A program made the position numbers and the translations under genes. Positions 16,846 to 29,516 of a stretch of 64,000 nt of DNA are shown here, in pieces. Below the pieces are notes generated by a model. It did no database searches. It was given only the letters and a program-made list of their open reading frames with translations, and was not told where the DNA came from. This DNA comes from an uncultured Clostridia bacterium (GTDB lineage: Bacteria; Bacillota; Clostridia; UBA1212; UBA1255): assembly GCA_947625435.1 (NCBI GenBank), contig CANQOI010000003.1:1591-65590 (forward strand). The letters run 5' to 3'. The first letter of the stretch is position 1. The number at the start of each line of letters is the position of its first letter.

Positions 16846-18054
16846 TTATTCTATGATCTTTGTAACCGTACCTGAACCGACAGTTCTGCCGCCTTCACGA
16901 ATAGCGAAACGGAGTCCTTCTTCCATAGCGATAGGAGTAATAAGCTGAACATCCATATCGATGTGGTCGCCCGGCATTACCATTTCCGTTCCCTCAGGAA
17001 GCGTTATAACGCCTGTAACGTCCGTTGTTCTGAAATAGAACTGAGGTCTGTAATTGCTGAAGAAAGGTGAGTGACGTCCGCCCTCTTCCTTTGTCAGTAC
17101 GTAAACCTGACCCTTGAAGTGCGTATGCGGATGGATCGTTCCGGGTTTAACAAGAACCTGTCCTCTTTCCACTTCGTTTCTCTGGATACCTCTGAGAAGC
17201 ACGCCGATGTTGTCGCCTGCTTCTGCCTGATCGAGCTGCTTTCTGAACATCTCAACACCGGTAACAACCGTGCTCTTCTTCTCGTCGCTGAGGCCAACGA
17301 TCTCAGCAGGATCTCCTACCTTTATAACGCCTCTCTCAAGACGACCCGTAGCAACGGTACCGCGTCCTGTGATCGTGAATACGTCTTCAACAGGCATAAG
17401 GAAGGGCTTGTCGATCGGTCTCTCAGGTGTAGGAATGTAACTGTCAACCGCTTCCATAAGCTCATGTATGCACTTATATTCAGGTGCATTAACATCTGTT
17501 GATGTAGATTCAAGAGCTTTAAGAGCAGAACCTCTTATGATCGGGATCTCATCTCCGGGGAATTCATATGAGCTGAGCAGCTCTCTGATCTCCATCTCGG
17601 CAAGGTCAAGTATCTCTTCGTCGCCTTCATCTATCATATCGCACTTGTTCATGAAAACTACGATATAGTGAACGCCAACCTGACGTGCGAGAAGTATATG
17701 CTCTCTTGTCTGAGCCTGCGGGCCGTCAGGACCGGAAACCAGAAGGATAGCACCGTCCATCTGAGCGGCACCGGTGATCATGTTCTTAACATAGTCGGCA
17801 TGTCCGGGGCAGTCAACGTGAGCATAGTGTCTGTTAGCTGTCTGATACTCAACGTGAGCTGTATTGATCGTGATTCCTCTTGCTTTCTCCTCCGGAGCGC
17901 CGTCGATTTCATCGTATGCCTTTACCTCTGCATCACCTGTAAGAGCAAGTACTTTCGTGATCGCAGCTGTAAGAGTTGTCTTACCGTGGTCAACGTGACC
18001 AATGGTACCGATATTTACGTGTGGTTTTGTTCTTACGAACTTAGCTTTTGCCAT
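16846..18054 (-). CDS. tuf: elongation factor Tu
   Basis: [33 protein letters not shown]... Full-length EF-Tu. Confidence 0.99.
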   Translation of the reverse strand: MAKAKFVRTKPHVNIGTIGHVDHGKTTLTAAITKVLALTGDAEVKAYDEIDGAPEEKARGITINTAHVEYQTANRHYAHVDCPGHADYVKNMITGAAQMDGAILLVSGPDGPQAQTREHILLARQVGVHYIVVFMNKCDMIDEGDEEILDLAEMEIRELLSSYEFPGDEIPIIRGSALKALESTSTDVNAPEYKCIHELMEAVDSYIPTPERPIDKPFLMPVEDVFTITGRGTVATGRLERGVIKVGDPAEIVGLSDEKKSTVVTGVEMFRKQLDQAEAGDNIGVLLRGIQRNEVERGQVLVKPGTIHPHTHFKGQVYVLTKEEGGRHSPFFSNYRPQFYFRTTDVTGVITLPEGTEMVMPGDHIDMDVQLITPIAMEEGLRFAIREGGRTVGSGTVTKIIE

Positions 18055-18114
18055 TTTAAAATCCTCCTTAACTTAGATATCATAACGAATTAAATGAAAA
18101 CGTATACTTGCACT

Positions 18115-18143
18115 ATATTACACTTTTCACCGTTATTTTGCAA
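18115..18143 (-). promoter_or_regulatory. internal promoter for tuf in the fusA-tuf spacer
   Basis: Minus strand reads TTGCAA (18143-18138), 17-nt spacer, TAATAT (18120-18115), preceded by TG. Confidence 0.5.
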
Positions 18144-18168
18144 GTATATTTTTGTCATGCAACTTTGT

Positions 18169-20253
18169 TTATGCGTTTTGGGCATTTCTCTGTTTTATGA
18201 CAGCATCCTGTACACTCTTCGGAACTTCCTCGTAGTGACTCGGCTCCATTATAAACGAACCTCTTCCCTGTGTTATGGATCGGAGTGTCGTCGTGTATCC
18301 GAACATCTCGGCCAGAGGACAGAAAGCAGATATCACCTTATTTCCCGCAACATCATCCATGCCCTCTATCTTGCCTCTCTTTGAACTGATAGAGCCTATT
18401 ATGTCTCCGAGATATTCCTCGGGAACATTCACGCTGACTTTCATGATAGGTTCGAGCAGCACGGGATCTGCCTTGCGGCATGCATCCTTTATTGCCATCG
18501 AGCCTGCTATCTTGAACGCCATCTCGGAAGAGTCGACCTCGTGATAAGAACCGTCAACAAGTGTAACTTTAACGTCAACAACAGGATATCCGCCGAGCAC
18601 GCCTGTCTGAAGTGCATCCTGAATGCCCTGATCAACAGGTCCGATATACTCCTTGGGGATCACGCCGCCGACGATCTTGTTGACGAACTCATATCCTTTA
18701 CCTCTCTCAAGCGGCTCTACCTCGATCACGCAGTGACCGTACTGGCCGCGTCCGCCCGACTGACGCACGAACTTTCCTTCCTGACGTACAGCCTTACGTA
18801 TGCCTTCTTTATACGCAACCTGCGGATTACCTACATTAGCCTCGACCTTGAACTCACGCAGGAGTCTGTCTACTATGATTTCAAGATGGAGCTCGCCCAT
18901 TCCCGAAATAATGGTCTGTCCGGTCTCAGAATCAGTATGAACTCTGAATGTAGGATCTTCTTCGGCAAGCTTCTGAAGAGCTATGCTCATCTTCTCCTGA
19001 CCTGCTTTTGTCTTAGGTTCAACGGCTACCGAAATAACGGGATCCGGAAATTCCATTTTTTCAAGAACGATCGGATTCGTTTCATCGCAAAGCGTGTCGC
19101 CCGTCGTAGTATCCTTAAGTCCCACGGCAGCGGCTATATCACCCGCATATACACAGTTGATCTCTTCTCTGTGATTCGCGTGCATCTGAACTATACGTCC
19201 GATCCTCTCCTTCTTACCCTTTGTTGCATTATAAACATATGAACCTGCTTCAAGCGTTCCCGAATACACACGGAAGAAGCAAAGCTTTCCGACAAAAGGA
19301 TCGGTCACAATCTTGAACGCAAGCGCGGAAAACGGCTCACTGTCGCTGGAGTGTCTGAAGGATTCCTCTTCTTCTCCGGGAACGACGCCTTTGATCGAAG
19401 GAATATCAGTCGGCGCCGGCATAAAGTCTACGATCGCATCGAGGAGCTGCTGCACTCCCTTATTTCTGTAAGACGATCCGCAGAGTATGGGTATCATCTT
19501 AACCGATATCGTAGCCTTTCTGATGGCTCTCTTAAGCTCTTCTACAGTGATCTCCTCTCCTTCAAGATATTTCGCCATTACGTCATCGTCCTGATCCGCA
19601 ACAGCCTCGAGAAGCTTATCCCTGTATTCGGCAGCAAGATCGGCCATATCATCGGGTATAGGCTCGATCTCCACTTTTGTTCCGAGTTCATCTTTATAAA
19701 CGTGAGCATCCATGTTTATAAGATCCACAATTCCTACAAACGAATCCTCTTTGCCTATAGGGAGCTGTATCGGAACGGCGTTTGCGCCGAGGCGAGTGCG
19801 TATCATATCAACGCAACGGTAAAAATCCGCACCCATGATATCCATTTTGTTTACATAGCCCATACGGGGAACACCATATTTATCCGCCTGTCTCCAAACT
19901 GTCTCCGACTGCGGTTCAACGCCTCCTTTGGCGCAGAACAGCGTAACACTTCCGTCAAGGACTCTCAGAGAGCGTTCAACTTCAACGGTAAAATCCACAT
20001 GTCCGGGAGTATCGATTATATTTATTCTCGTATTCTTCCACTGAGCCGTCGTGGCAGCGGAAGTGATCGTAATACCTCTCTCCTGCTCCTGTACCATATA
20101 GTCCATTGTAGCCGCGCCATCGTGTACCTCGCCGATCTTATGAGTACGTCCCGTGTAGAAAAGTATTCTTTCCGTCGTTGTCGTCTTACCGGCGTCTATA
20201 TGAGCCATAATTCCTATATTTCTGGTATTCTCCAAACTAAACTTTCTAGGCAT
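18169..20253 (-). CDS. fusA: elongation factor G
   Basis: [24 protein letters not shown]... 694 aa. Confidence 0.99.
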   Translation of the reverse strand: MPRKFSLENTRNIGIMAHIDAGKTTTTERILFYTGRTHKIGEVHDGAATMDYMVQEQERGITITSAATTAQWKNTRINIIDTPGHVDFTVEVERSLRVLDGSVTLFCAKGGVEPQSETVWRQADKYGVPRMGYVNKMDIMGADFYRCVDMIRTRLGANAVPIQLPIGKEDSFVGIVDLINMDAHVYKDELGTKVEIEPIPDDMADLAAEYRDKLLEAVADQDDDVMAKYLEGEEITVEELKRAIRKATISVKMIPILCGSSYRNKGVQQLLDAIVDFMPAPTDIPSIKGVVPGEEEESFRHSSDSEPFSALAFKIVTDPFVGKLCFFRVYSGTLEAGSYVYNATKGKKERIGRIVQMHANHREEINCVYAGDIAAAVGLKDTTTGDTLCDETNPIVLEKMEFPDPVISVAVEPKTKAGQEKMSIALQKLAEEDPTFRVHTDSETGQTIISGMGELHLEIIVDRLLREFKVEANVGNPQVAYKEGIRKAVRQEGKFVRQSGGRGQYGHCVIEVEPLERGKGYEFVNKIVGGVIPKEYIGPVDQGIQDALQTGVLGGYPVVDVKVTLVDGSYHEVDSSEMAFKIAGSMAIKDACRKADPVLLEPIMKVSVNVPEEYLGDIIGSISSKRGKIEGMDDVAGNKVISAFCPLAEMFGYTTTLRSITQGRGSFIMEPSHYEEVPKSVQDAVIKQRNAQNA

Positions 20254-20306
20254 ATTTTCTCCATTCTTTCGTAAATAACTATTGCCTTTATGCTCCGTTC
20301 AGTAAA

Positions 20307-20777
20307 TTACCAACGGAAATGAGCAAAAGCTCTGTTGGCCTCTGCCATTTTATGCATATCTTCTTTTCTTCTTACGGCTCCGCCCGCATTGTTAAGAGCA
20401 TCCATGAGCTCGCCCGCAAGACGCTCGGCCATAGTCTTCTCGCTGCGCTTACGTGCAAAGAAAACGATCCAGCGCAATCCGAGTGCCTGACGGCGTTCCG
20501 GCCTTACTTCCATAGGAACCTGATATGTTGCACCGCCGACACGGCGCGCCTTAACCTCTAATTGGGGCATGATATTATTGAGAGCTTCTTTGAAAGCTTC
20601 AAGGGGTTCTTTGCCGGTCTTCTCACGTACGATATCAAAAGCGTCATAGCATATCTTCTGTGCTACGCCCTTCTTGCCGTCGAGCATGATATTATTTATG
20701 AGTTTTGTAACGATCTGATCGTTATATATCGGATCGGGCAGAACCTCTCTCTTCGCAATATATCCCTTTCTAGGCAT
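20307..20777 (-). CDS. rpsG: 30S ribosomal protein S7
   Basis: [18 protein letters not shown]...[14 protein letters not shown]. Confidence 0.98.
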   Translation of the reverse strand: MPRKGYIAKREVLPDPIYNDQIVTKLINNIMLDGKKGVAQKICYDAFDIVREKTGKEPLEAFKEALNNIMPQLEVKARRVGGATYQVPMEVRPERRQALGLRWIVFFARKRSEKTMAERLAGELMDALNNAGGAVRRKEDMHKMAEANRAFAHFRW

Positions 20778-20918
20778 TTAACTTCCCTCCTTACTAATGA
20801 TAATCGATCATCTGGTACTCTGCTCTGCTTCAGAGCAGTACATGCCGGTAAAATTCATAAGATATATCACGTTCATGAAATAAAATCTATATGAAACACC
20901 GGCGATCCCGGTATAAAA

Positions 20919-21341
20919 TTATTTTTTCGAACTCTTCGGCACTTTAGCGCCATACTTGGATCTTCCCTGCATACGGTTGTTTACTCCCGCCGTATCAAGC
21001 GTACCTCTTATGATGTGATACCTCACACCGGGGAGATCCTTAACTCTTCCGCCTCTTATAAGAACAACACTGTGCTCCTGAAGGTTATGTCCGATACCCG
21101 GTATATAAGCGGTAACTTCCATACCGTTTGTCAGACGTACCCTCGCTATCTTACGCAGCGCGGAATTAGGTTTCTTAGGGGTAGTTGTTCTTACGACAGA
21201 GCACACACCTCTCTTCTGTGGACTGCTTATGTCTGTGCTTCTCTTTGCAAGGCTGTTAAAACCTTTCTGGAGCGCAGGAGAAGTGGATTTCTTCTCTACC
21301 GTCTGTCTGCCCTTACGAACCAACTGGTTAAATGTCGGCAT
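20919..21341 (-). CDS. rpsL: 30S ribosomal protein S12
   Basis: [12 protein letters not shown]...[11 protein letters not shown]...VRYHIIRG. Confidence 0.98.
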   Translation of the reverse strand: MPTFNQLVRKGRQTVEKKSTSPALQKGFNSLAKRSTDISSPQKRGVCSVVRTTTPKKPNSALRKIARVRLTNGMEVTAYIPGIGHNLQEHSVVLIRGGRVKDLPGVRYHIIRGTLDTAGVNNRMQGRSKYGAKVPKSSKK

Positions 21342-21394
21342 TCAATTTCACCTCCGTCTATAAATTAAGATAAATATGATATAACACACAAACA

Positions 21395-21423
21395 CGATTT
21401 GGACGATAAAATCGTCCAAATCG
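21395..21423 (-). promoter_or_regulatory. perfect 12-bp stem-loop at the 5' end of the rpsL leader
   Basis: cgatttggacga / 5-nt loop / tcgtccaaatcg. It begins about 10 nt after the predicted transcription start. Confidence 0.6.
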
Positions 21424-21436
21424 CATAAGCGTTGCT

Positions 21437-21465
21437 ATTTTACAATAATGAATCACGCTTGTCAA
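21437..21465 (-). promoter_or_regulatory. sigma-A type promoter of the rpsL-rpsG-fusA-tuf (str) operon
   Basis: Minus strand reads TTGACA (21465-21460), 17-nt spacer, TAAAAT (21442-21437). Confidence 0.65.
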
Positions 21466-21514
21466 TAAGACTCATTCCGTAATTTCCCTTCATCTTGCCC
21501 GGATTCCGACTGCT

Positions 21515-24500
21515 CTATTCCTCATCGGGATCACTGTCGTCGTCAAGATAGATATCTCCGTCGATTATATCGTAATCATTTTCATCGATCTCACCGAGAT
21601 CTTCATCCTCGAGCGTTTCGAGAAGCTCCTCGTCTTCATCCGGAGCCACTGCATCTTCGGCTGCATCTTCATCGGAAGCATCTGTCTGCACAGTGCCCGG
21701 AGCTTCCCCAGGTTTACGCTTAAGTGCCTCTACATTTATATCAATATCCTTGTAGCGGCTCATTCCCGTACCTGCGGGTATGAGCTTTCCGATTATAACG
21801 TTTTCTTTAAGTCCGAGGAGCGGATCGCGCTTACTCTTTATCGCAGCCTCGGTAAGCACACGCGTTGTTTCCTGGAATGAAGCTGCGGACAGGAATGATT
21901 CGGTGGCAAGAGATGCCTTTGTTATTCCGAGCAGCGCTCTGCTTCCCGTAGCCTCCTGCTTGCCTTCCTCTCTCATTTTTGCATTTTCGGCTTTGAATGT
22001 TGAAATATCGACCACGCTTCCCGGGAGAAGTGTCGTATCTCCGGCATCGTCTACCTTGATCTTCCTGAGCATCTGCCTTACTATGACCTCAATATGCCTG
22101 TCATTGATCTTAACGCCCTGCATATTGTAGACCTTCTGCACTTCTTCGATTATATAGTTCTGAACACCGGTAACGCCTATTATGCGCAATATGTCATGCG
22201 GATTGACAGATCCGCTCACTATCATATCGCCCTTTTTAACGGTATCCCCGTCCTGAACCTTTATATTCGTGCCTGTCACAAAAGAATAAGAAACACTTTC
22301 TCCGGTTTCGGACGTTACGGTAACTTCCTTCTTCTTTCCTGCATCATTAATTGACACTGTTCCGTCAAGCTCGGATATCGTGGCGTTTCCTTTGGGCTTT
22401 CGTGCTTCGAAAAGCTCTTCTACTCTCGGAAGGCCCTGGGTGATATCGTCGGCTGTGGCAACACCGCCGGTATGGAACGTACGCATCGTAAGCTGTGTAC
22501 CGGGCTCTCCTATCGACTGAGCCGCTATTATTCCGACTGCATCTCCTATATTGCACTCCTCATTGGTCGCCAGGTTCGAACCGTAGCACTTGGCGCATAC
22601 GCCGTGGGCGCACTGACATGTAAGTACCGATCTGATCTTAACCTTTGTATATCCGGCAGCCACTATTTTTTCAGCAAGCTCTTCGGTTATGAGAGTATCG
22701 CGATCGGCAAGGAGCTCACCCGTAACGGGATCTACTATATCCTCCGCAGGATAACGTCCCGAAATACGCGCTTCGAGCGGAACTATGGGTCCCTGCTCCT
22801 TAGCATCACTGTTCTCGATCGCGGATATTTCTATATATTCGTCTGTTCCGCAGTCCGCCTCGCGTATTATCACTTCCTGGCTCACATCCACAAGCCTTCT
22901 TGTAAGATATCCGGAGTCGGCGGTCCTGAGAGCAGTGTCGGAAAGTGTCTTTCTCGTTCCGTGGCTCGATATGAAGAATTCGAGTACGTCAAGACCTTCA
23001 CGGAAGTTGGCCTTTATAGGTATCTCTATCGATTTACCCGATGTATCCGTCATAAGTCCGCGCATTCCGGCGAGCTGCTTTATCTGGTTGATATTACCTC
23101 TTGCTCCCGAGTCGCTCATCATGTTTATAGGATTGTACTCTCCCATGTTCTTCTTGAGAATCGCGGTGAGCTTATCGATCGTTTCGGTCCATGCCTTTAT
23201 AACATTGTTATAACGCTCTTCCTCGGTTATAAGACCTCTTCTGTACTGTTTTACTATTTTATCGACGAGCTTGTCGGTCTCTTCAATGAGCTGCTGCTTC
23301 TCGGGAGGAACTATTATATCCTCTATTCCGACGGTTATGGCGCCCTTTGTCGAATACTTATATCCGAGTGACTTTATCTTATCCAGTACAACGGCCGTTT
23401 CGGTAAGCCCGTGTACCTTTATGCATTTGTCAAGTATCTCTCCTAAGGTTCCCTTCTTGACGAGCATATCGATCTCAAGGACGAGCGCATTTTCGCGTTT
23501 TGTTCTGTCTACGAAACCGAGATCCTGAGGTATCGCCTCGTTAAAGATGAGCTTTCCGATCGTCGTATTTATTATCTGACTTATCGGTTCGCCCTCGAAT
23601 TCTCCGAACCGACGCACCTTTATGGCTGTATGAAGGTCTATGCGTCCCGTGTCATATGCGAGCTTTGCCTCATCGAACGATCCGAAAACAGGCGCGTTCG
23701 TATAATCCTTGTTCTTGTAAAGCGTAAGATAATAGCTTCCGAGTACCATGTCCTGAGTCGGGACCGTTATAGGCTTGCCGTCTTTGGGAGCGAGAAGGTT
23801 ATTCGCAGACAGCATGAGCACCCTCGCCTCAGCCTGAGCCTCCGCGGAAAGCGGCACATGCACTGCCATCTGGTCTCCGTCAAAGTCGGCATTGTATGCC
23901 GTACATACGAGCGGGTGCAGTCTGAGTGCGCGTCCCTCAACAAGCACGGGTTCAAATGCCTGTATGCCGAGTCTGTGCAGCGTAGGCGCTCTGTTGAGCA
24001 GGACAGGGTGTTCCTTTATTATGTCCTCAAGTATATCCCATACTTCCGGACGGACTCTGTCCACCATTTTACGGGCGCTCTTTATATTCTGGGCTTTGCC
24101 GTCATTAACGAGCTTTCTCATAACGAACGGCTTAAACAGCTCAAGTGCCATTTCCTTCGGAAGACCGCACTGATATATTTTAAGCTCAGGTCCGACAACT
24201 ATAACGCTTCGTCCGGAATAATCGACTCTCTTTCCGAGCAGATTCTGGCGGAAGCGTCCCTGCTTGCCGCGGAGCATATCGGAAAGAGATTTAAGAGGTC
24301 TGGTGTTAGGTCCCGTCACCGGGCGTCCGCGGCGTCCGTTGTCGAGGAGCGCGTCCACAGCTTCCTGGAGCATTCTTTTCTCGTTTCTGACAATGATATC
24401 CGGGGCCCTCAGCTCCTGAAGTCTTCTCAGTCTGTTGTTTCTGTTAATCACGCGCCTGTACAGATCATTGAGGTCCGATGTGGCGAATCTGCCGCCGTCG

Positions 24501-25267
24501 AGCTGTACCATAGGACGAAGGTCCGGAGGTATTACCGGTATGACGGAAAGTATCATCCATTCAGGTTTGTTGTGTGACTGTCTGAAAGCTTCAACGACCT
24601 CAAGTCTCTTAACAAGACGCATTTTCTTCTGGCTTATCGTCTGTCCGCCTTTTTCCTTTTCTTTCTGAGTGAGGCGGTCTACCTCTTCCCTGAGTTCTGC
24701 GGAAAGCTCATCGAGATCGACGTCGTGGAGGAGCTTCTGTATCGCCTCGGCGCCCATCTGAGCCTGAAAACGCTGATACCCGTATGTTTCGATCGCCTCT
24801 CTGTACTCACGCTCGGTAAGAACCTGCTTATACGCAAGAGCAGTCGTTCCGGGATCGATGACAACGTATGCGGCAAAATACAATATCTTTTCCAGCGCTC
24901 TCGGAGCCATATCGAGTATGAGTCCCATTCGGCTGGGTATACCTCTGAAAAACCATATGTGGGATACGGGAGCCGCCAGTTCAATATGTCCCATACGTGT
25001 ACGTCTGACCTTTGAGCTTGTTACTTCAACTCCGCATTTGTCACATACGATACCTCTGTATCTGTTTTTCTTATATTTACCGCAGTGGCACTCTCCGTCC
25101 TTTGTAGGTCCGAATATTCTTTCGCAGAAAAGTCCGTCCTTTTCAGGCTTAAGAGTCCTGTAATTTATGGTTTCAGGCTTTTTGACTTCTCCGTGAGACC
25201 ATTTGAGTATGGTTTCAGGCGAGGCAAGACCTATCTGTATTGAATCAAAATTATTAAAATCTGTCAT
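21515..25267 (-). CDS. rpoC: RNA polymerase beta' subunit with an acidic C-terminal tail
   Basis: 1250 aa. Contains NADFDGDQM (catalytic) and zinc-binding Cys motifs. 30 of the last 55 residues are D/E. Confidence 0.99.
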   Translation of the reverse strand: MTDFNNFDSIQIGLASPETILKWSHGEVKKPETINYRTLKPEKDGLFCERIFGPTKDGECHCGKYKKNRYRGIVCDKCGVEVTSSKVRRTRMGHIELAAPVSHIWFFRGIPSRMGLILDMAPRALEKILYFAAYVVIDPGTTALAYKQVLTEREYREAIETYGYQRFQAQMGAEAIQKLLHDVDLDELSAELREEVDRLTQKEKEKGGQTISQKKMRLVKRLEVVEAFRQSHNKPEWMILSVIPVIPPDLRPMVQLDGGRFATSDLNDLYRRVINRNNRLRRLQELRAPDIIVRNEKRMLQEAVDALLDNGRRGRPVTGPNTRPLKSLSDMLRGKQGRFRQNLLGKRVDYSGRSVIVVGPELKIYQCGLPKEMALELFKPFVMRKLVNDGKAQNIKSARKMVDRVRPEVWDILEDIIKEHPVLLNRAPTLHRLGIQAFEPVLVEGRALRLHPLVCTAYNADFDGDQMAVHVPLSAEAQAEARVLMLSANNLLAPKDGKPITVPTQDMVLGSYYLTLYKNKDYTNAPVFGSFDEAKLAYDTGRIDLHTAIKVRRFGEFEGEPISQIINTTIGKLIFNEAIPQDLGFVDRTKRENALVLEIDMLVKKGTLGEILDKCIKVHGLTETAVVLDKIKSLGYKYSTKGAITVGIEDIIVPPEKQQLIEETDKLVDKIVKQYRRGLITEEERYNNVIKAWTETIDKLTAILKKNMGEYNPINMMSDSGARGNINQIKQLAGMRGLMTDTSGKSIEIPIKANFREGLDVLEFFISSHGTRKTLSDTALRTADSGYLTRRLVDVSQEVIIREADCGTDEYIEISAIENSDAKEQGPIVPLEARISGRYPAEDIVDPVTGELLADRDTLITEELAEKIVAAGYTKVKIRSVLTCQCAHGVCAKCYGSNLATNEECNIGDAVGIIAAQSIGEPGTQLTMRTFHTGGVATADDITQGLPRVEELFEARKPKGNATISELDGTVSINDAGKKKEVTVTSETGESVSYSFVTGTNIKVQDGDTVKKGDMIVSGSVNPHDILRIIGVTGVQNYIIEEVQKVYNMQGVKINDRHIEVIVRQMLRKIKVDDAGDTTLLPGSVVDISTFKAENAKMREEGKQEATGSRALLGITKASLATESFLSAASFQETTRVLTEAAIKSKRDPLLGLKENVIIGKLIPAGTGMSRYKDIDINVEALKRKPGEAPGTVQTDASDEDAAEDAVAPDEDEELLETLEDEDLGEIDENDYDIIDGDIYLDDDSDPDEE

Positions 25268-25288
25268 TCTGTCCGCACTCCTTTACAA

Positions 25289-28200
25289 TCACTCCGAATC
25301 GGTCGTATCTGAAATATTGTCAAATACGTCTGCGTCAAGTTCTGCCTCTCCCTCTTCAAAATCAGATATTTCCGGCTCATCCGTGTCGTCAAAATCGTCA
25401 TCGTGAAGTATATCGTCCGACGGATCGGACTCGGCCGAAGCATCGCCCGACATGAATATTCCGCCCGAATCATCCGTAAATGACTGAAAATCGGGATTGT
25501 ATACGTCCTTCTTGGTCCTGTATTTATCGGGATTCTTTATATAATCCTCTTCCGCCTCTTTAAGCGGTATCTCCGTATTGTCTTCCGTAAAGATACGCAC
25601 GTCGAGAGCAAGGCTCTGCAGCTCTTTAACAAGCACCTTGAACGACTCCGGTATGCCGGGTTCGGGAACATTCTCACCCTTTACAATGGCTTCATAAGTC
25701 TTTACGCGTCCTATGGTATCATCGGACTTGATAGTGAGTATCTCCTGAAGTGTATACGCGGCTCCGTAAGCTTCGAGCGCCCATACTTCCATTTCACCGA
25801 AGCGCTGTCCTCCGAACTGTGCCTTTCCTCCGAGAGGCTGCTGTGTAACGAGCGAGTACGGTCCGGTCGAGCGCGCGTGTATCTTATCGTCAACAAGATG
25901 ATGAAGCTTAAGATAATACATATATCCGACTGTTACCGGGTTATCGAAGGGTTCTCCCGTACGGCCGTCGTAAAGTATCGTCTTTCCGTCCGGACTCTTG
26001 CCCGCAAGCTTGAGCGTGTCTATAATGTCATGCTCCGACGCCCCGTCGAATACAGGGGTCGCTATCTTCCATCCCAGTGCTTTTGCAGCGTATCCGAGAT
26101 GCACCTCTAGCACCTGACCTATGTTCATTCGGGAAGGAACGCCGAGAGGATTGAGCACTATTTCAAGCGGCGTACCGTCCGGCAGGAACGGCATATCCTC
26201 TTCCGGTAAAATCCTCGATATAACGCCCTTATTTCCGTGACGACCTGCCATTTTATCTCCGACGGAGAGCTTTCTCTTCTGAGCTATATAAACTCTTACC
26301 ATGCGGTTTACTCCGGGTGCCAGTTCATCGTCATTTTCTCTTGTAAATTCTTTAACGTCAACGACTATTCCGGATTCGCCGTGAGGAACCTTGAGTGATG
26401 TATCTCTTACATCTCTTGATTTCTCGCCGAATATGGCCCTCAGCAGTCTTTCCTCCGCAGTGAGCTCTGTCTCGCCCTTAGGAGTCACCTTGCCTACCAG
26501 TATATCTCCGGCATGAACCTCAGAGCCTACGATTATCACGCCGTTCTGGTCGAGCATGCGGAGCGCGTCCTCTCCCACATGGGGTATCTCGGCCGTTATC
26601 TCTTCCGGTCCGAGCTTTGTGTCTCTTGCCTCGCACTCATATTCTTCTATGTGTATCGAGGTGTATATGTCTTCTTTAACAAGCTTCTCGCTTATGAGGA
26701 CCGCGTCCTCGTAGTTGTAGCCTTCCCATGTCATAAAGCCTATGAGAGCGTTTCTTCCGAGAGCTATCTCTCCTTTGTCGGTGGACGGACCGTCCGCTAT
26801 CACATCGCCCTCTTCCACTCTCTGATCAAATGTCACGACAGGCTTCTGATTTATGCATGTGCCCTGATTGGAGCGCAGGAACTTGAGCAGATTGTACGTA
26901 TCAAACGTACCGTCATCGCGCTGAATGATTATATATTTGCCGGTGACGTCCTTGACTGTTCCGGAATGCTTCGCAAGCACAACGGCGCCCGAATCCTTGG
27001 CCGCTTTATACTCTATTCCCGTTGCTACGATAGGAGATTCGGCACAGAGCAGCGGAACAGCCTGGCGCTGCATGTTCGATCCCATGAGCGCACGGCTCGC
27101 GTCATCGTTCTCAAGGAACGGTATCATGGCCGCAGCCACGGACACTACCTGTTTCGGTGAAACGTCCATATAGTCGACACGTTCGCCTTCAACTTCTATA
27201 AATTCATCTCTGTATCTGCAGACGACCTTACGGTTCTTGAAATGTCCTTCCTCGTCGAGGGGCTCGTTTGCCTGAGCAATTATATATTTGTCCTCTTCAT
27301 CGGCCATGAGGTAGTCGATGTGATCGGTCACGATTTTCTTTTCGGGATCGTATTTTCTATATGGAGCTTCAATGAATCCGTATTCATTGATCCTCGCATA
27401 TGTACTCAGCGAGCCTATCAAACCTATATTCGGACCTTCCGGTGTTTCTATAGGACACATGCGTCCGTAATGCGAATAGTGTACGTCACGTACGTCGAAT
27501 GTCGCCCTTTCTCTGTTGAGTCCTCCCGGTCCCAGAGCGCTGAGCCTTCTCTTGTTGGCGAGCTCCGCCAGCGGATTCGTCTGATCCATGAACTGCGACA
27601 GCTGGCTCGAACCGAAGAATTCTTTGATCGCTGCCGTCACGGGTCTTGTGTTTATGAGCGCCTGAGGCGTTATCACGTCTTTCTCCTGCATCGCCATACG
27701 TTCGCGCACGATTCTTTCCATTCTCGAAAGTCCGATCCTGAACTGATTCTGGAGCAGTTCGCCTACGGAACGTATCCTTCTGTTCCCGAGATGGTCTATA
27801 TCATCCGTGAAGCCTATATCGTACTGCAGGTTCAGTATATAGCTGAAGGACGCTATTATATCGTCAAGCGTCAGATGCTTCGGCTGAAGATCGGGCACTC
27901 TGTTCTGTATCTCCTTCTCGAGCGCCTCGGTATCATCACCGACACGGTCAAGTATGTCTTTGAGCACTGTGTAATTTACACGTTCGGTTATGCCGTATTG
28001 TCTTACATTGAAAGGCACGTACTTCGTGATGTCCACAGTATTGTTTCCGATGATCTTAACAGGTCTGTACGATGTGTTTATGATTACGGTATTTATACCG
28101 CGATCCTGTATATCAACGGCCTTCTCCTCAGTCAGCGTCTCTCCGGCCTGTGCGATCACCTCTCCCGTTTCGGTGTCGATGACATCGGCCGCCAATGTCT

Positions 28201-29116
28201 TTCCTTCTATCTGTGAAAACAGTGAAAGCTTTTTGTTGAATTTATAACGGCCGACCTTGGCAAGGTCGTATCTCTTGGCGTCAAAGAACATTCCGTAAAG
28301 CAGAGAGCGGGCATTCTCAACGAGAGCCGGCTCACCGGGACGGAGCTTCTTGTATATCTCAATAAGCGCTTCGTCCGTATTCTGTGTCGAATCCTTCTGG
28401 AGTGTGTTCAGAAGGCGTTCGTCTACGATGGTATCCTCAACGTTCTCGGCATATGAAGGCGCGAGTTCATCCTTAGACACGGAGAAAAGGCCCAGTATGC
28501 TGCTGCTGTCGCTGTAGCCGAGGGCTCTCAGTAAGATCGTAGCGGGGATCTTTCTGTTTCTGTCTATCCTCACGTATACGATATCGCTGAAATCTATTTC
28601 CGTTTCAAGCCATGCTCCTCTGTTGGGGATGAGAGTTGATGCGGTTATATGCTTACCTTTGATCTTATCGTAATTCTTTTCAAAATATGCTCCGGGGGAA
28701 CGCACCAGCTGACTTACGATAACACGTTCGGCTCCGTTCATTATGAATGTTCCGTTATCCGTCATGAGAGGAAACTCTCCGAAGTATATAACGTCCTCCT
28801 TCATAAGTCCCGTTTCTTTATCTACAACACGTACGCGAACCTTAAGAGGAGATGCGTATGTCGCGTCTCTTTCCTTGCATTCCTCTATTGAATAATTGGT
28901 TTTGTTTTCGAGATAATAATCTACGAATTCCAGCATCAGATTTCCCGAATAATCGGTGATCGGGGAAATATCCTTAAAGACTTCTTTCAGGCCCTCGTCC
29001 AGGAACTGCTTATATGAGCTCTTCTGAACTGCTATGAGATTAGGCATTTCCAATATTTCCTGTATACGGGAATAGCTCTGTCTCTCATTCTGACCGTACA
29101 TTACCGAATGCACCAT
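25289..29116 (-). CDS. rpoB: RNA polymerase beta subunit with an acidic C-terminal tail
   Basis: 1275 aa. Contains GRHGNKGV and the rifampicin-cluster region [12 protein letters not shown]. 24 of the last 51 residues are D/E. Confidence 0.99.
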   Translation of the reverse strand: MVHSVMYGQNERQSYSRIQEILEMPNLIAVQKSSYKQFLDEGLKEVFKDISPITDYSGNLMLEFVDYYLENKTNYSIEECKERDATYASPLKVRVRVVDKETGLMKEDVIYFGEFPLMTDNGTFIMNGAERVIVSQLVRSPGAYFEKNYDKIKGKHITASTLIPNRGAWLETEIDFSDIVYVRIDRNRKIPATILLRALGYSDSSSILGLFSVSKDELAPSYAENVEDTIVDERLLNTLQKDSTQNTDEALIEIYKKLRPGEPALVENARSLLYGMFFDAKRYDLAKVGRYKFNKKLSLFSQIEGKTLAADVIDTETGEVIAQAGETLTEEKAVDIQDRGINTVIINTSYRPVKIIGNNTVDITKYVPFNVRQYGITERVNYTVLKDILDRVGDDTEALEKEIQNRVPDLQPKHLTLDDIIASFSYILNLQYDIGFTDDIDHLGNRRIRSVGELLQNQFRIGLSRMERIVRERMAMQEKDVITPQALINTRPVTAAIKEFFGSSQLSQFMDQTNPLAELANKRRLSALGPGGLNRERATFDVRDVHYSHYGRMCPIETPEGPNIGLIGSLSTYARINEYGFIEAPYRKYDPEKKIVTDHIDYLMADEEDKYIIAQANEPLDEEGHFKNRKVVCRYRDEFIEVEGERVDYMDVSPKQVVSVAAAMIPFLENDDASRALMGSNMQRQAVPLLCAESPIVATGIEYKAAKDSGAVVLAKHSGTVKDVTGKYIIIQRDDGTFDTYNLLKFLRSNQGTCINQKPVVTFDQRVEEGDVIADGPSTDKGEIALGRNALIGFMTWEGYNYEDAVLISEKLVKEDIYTSIHIEEYECEARDTKLGPEEITAEIPHVGEDALRMLDQNGVIIVGSEVHAGDILVGKVTPKGETELTAEERLLRAIFGEKSRDVRDTSLKVPHGESGIVVDVKEFTRENDDELAPGVNRMVRVYIAQKRKLSVGDKMAGRHGNKGVISRILPEEDMPFLPDGTPLEIVLNPLGVPSRMNIGQVLEVHLGYAAKALGWKIATPVFDGASEHDIIDTLKLAGKSPDGKTILYDGRTGEPFDNPVTVGYMYYLKLHHLVDDKIHARSTGPYSLVTQQPLGGKAQFGGQRFGEMEVWALEAYGAAYTLQEILTIKSDDTIGRVKTYEAIVKGENVPEPGIPESFKVLVKELQSLALDVRIFTEDNTEIPLKEAEEDYIKNPDKYRTKKDVYNPDFQSFTDDSGGIFMSGDASAESDPSDDILHDDDFDDTDEPEISDFEEGEAELDADVFDNISDTTDSE

Positions 29117-29312
29117 TGATAATCACCTCATGTTTTCTTCCTGCAAAGCTGTCTCAGCAAGGCTTGTCCTGAAACTATTGCGCACCGTATGATTTCATGC
29201 TATAATCCGCACATCAGGACGGGCAACAGTTGATATTGGTACTACGCACGGCGCGTTTTGCGTGCGCCAATGCACCGTTGTAATCAATCAGGCGATTACA
29301 ACGCAGTTTGTT

Positions 29313-29341
29313 ATTGTATCACGAAGCAGTCAACGCGTCAA
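29313..29341 (-). promoter_or_regulatory. sigma-A type promoter of rpoB-rpoC
   Basis: Minus strand reads TTGACG (29341-29336), 17-nt spacer, TACAAT (29318-29313). This leaves a roughly 190-nt leader containing a 10-bp hairpin (29276-29303). Confidence 0.55.
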
Positions 29342-29516
29342 GACGGTGATAAGGTATCTCATAAAATTAATAATTTTCACATTTTGGTTATATTGGCGGC
29401 GGTGCGATCCGGCGTTTTATATGAGAATTCGTCGAATTATATATCTTCGTATTTTATATCTTCCTATTTCATTTCAATGATGTATAATACTACCCGTGAA
29501 GGAAGGAGCGGCAGTA

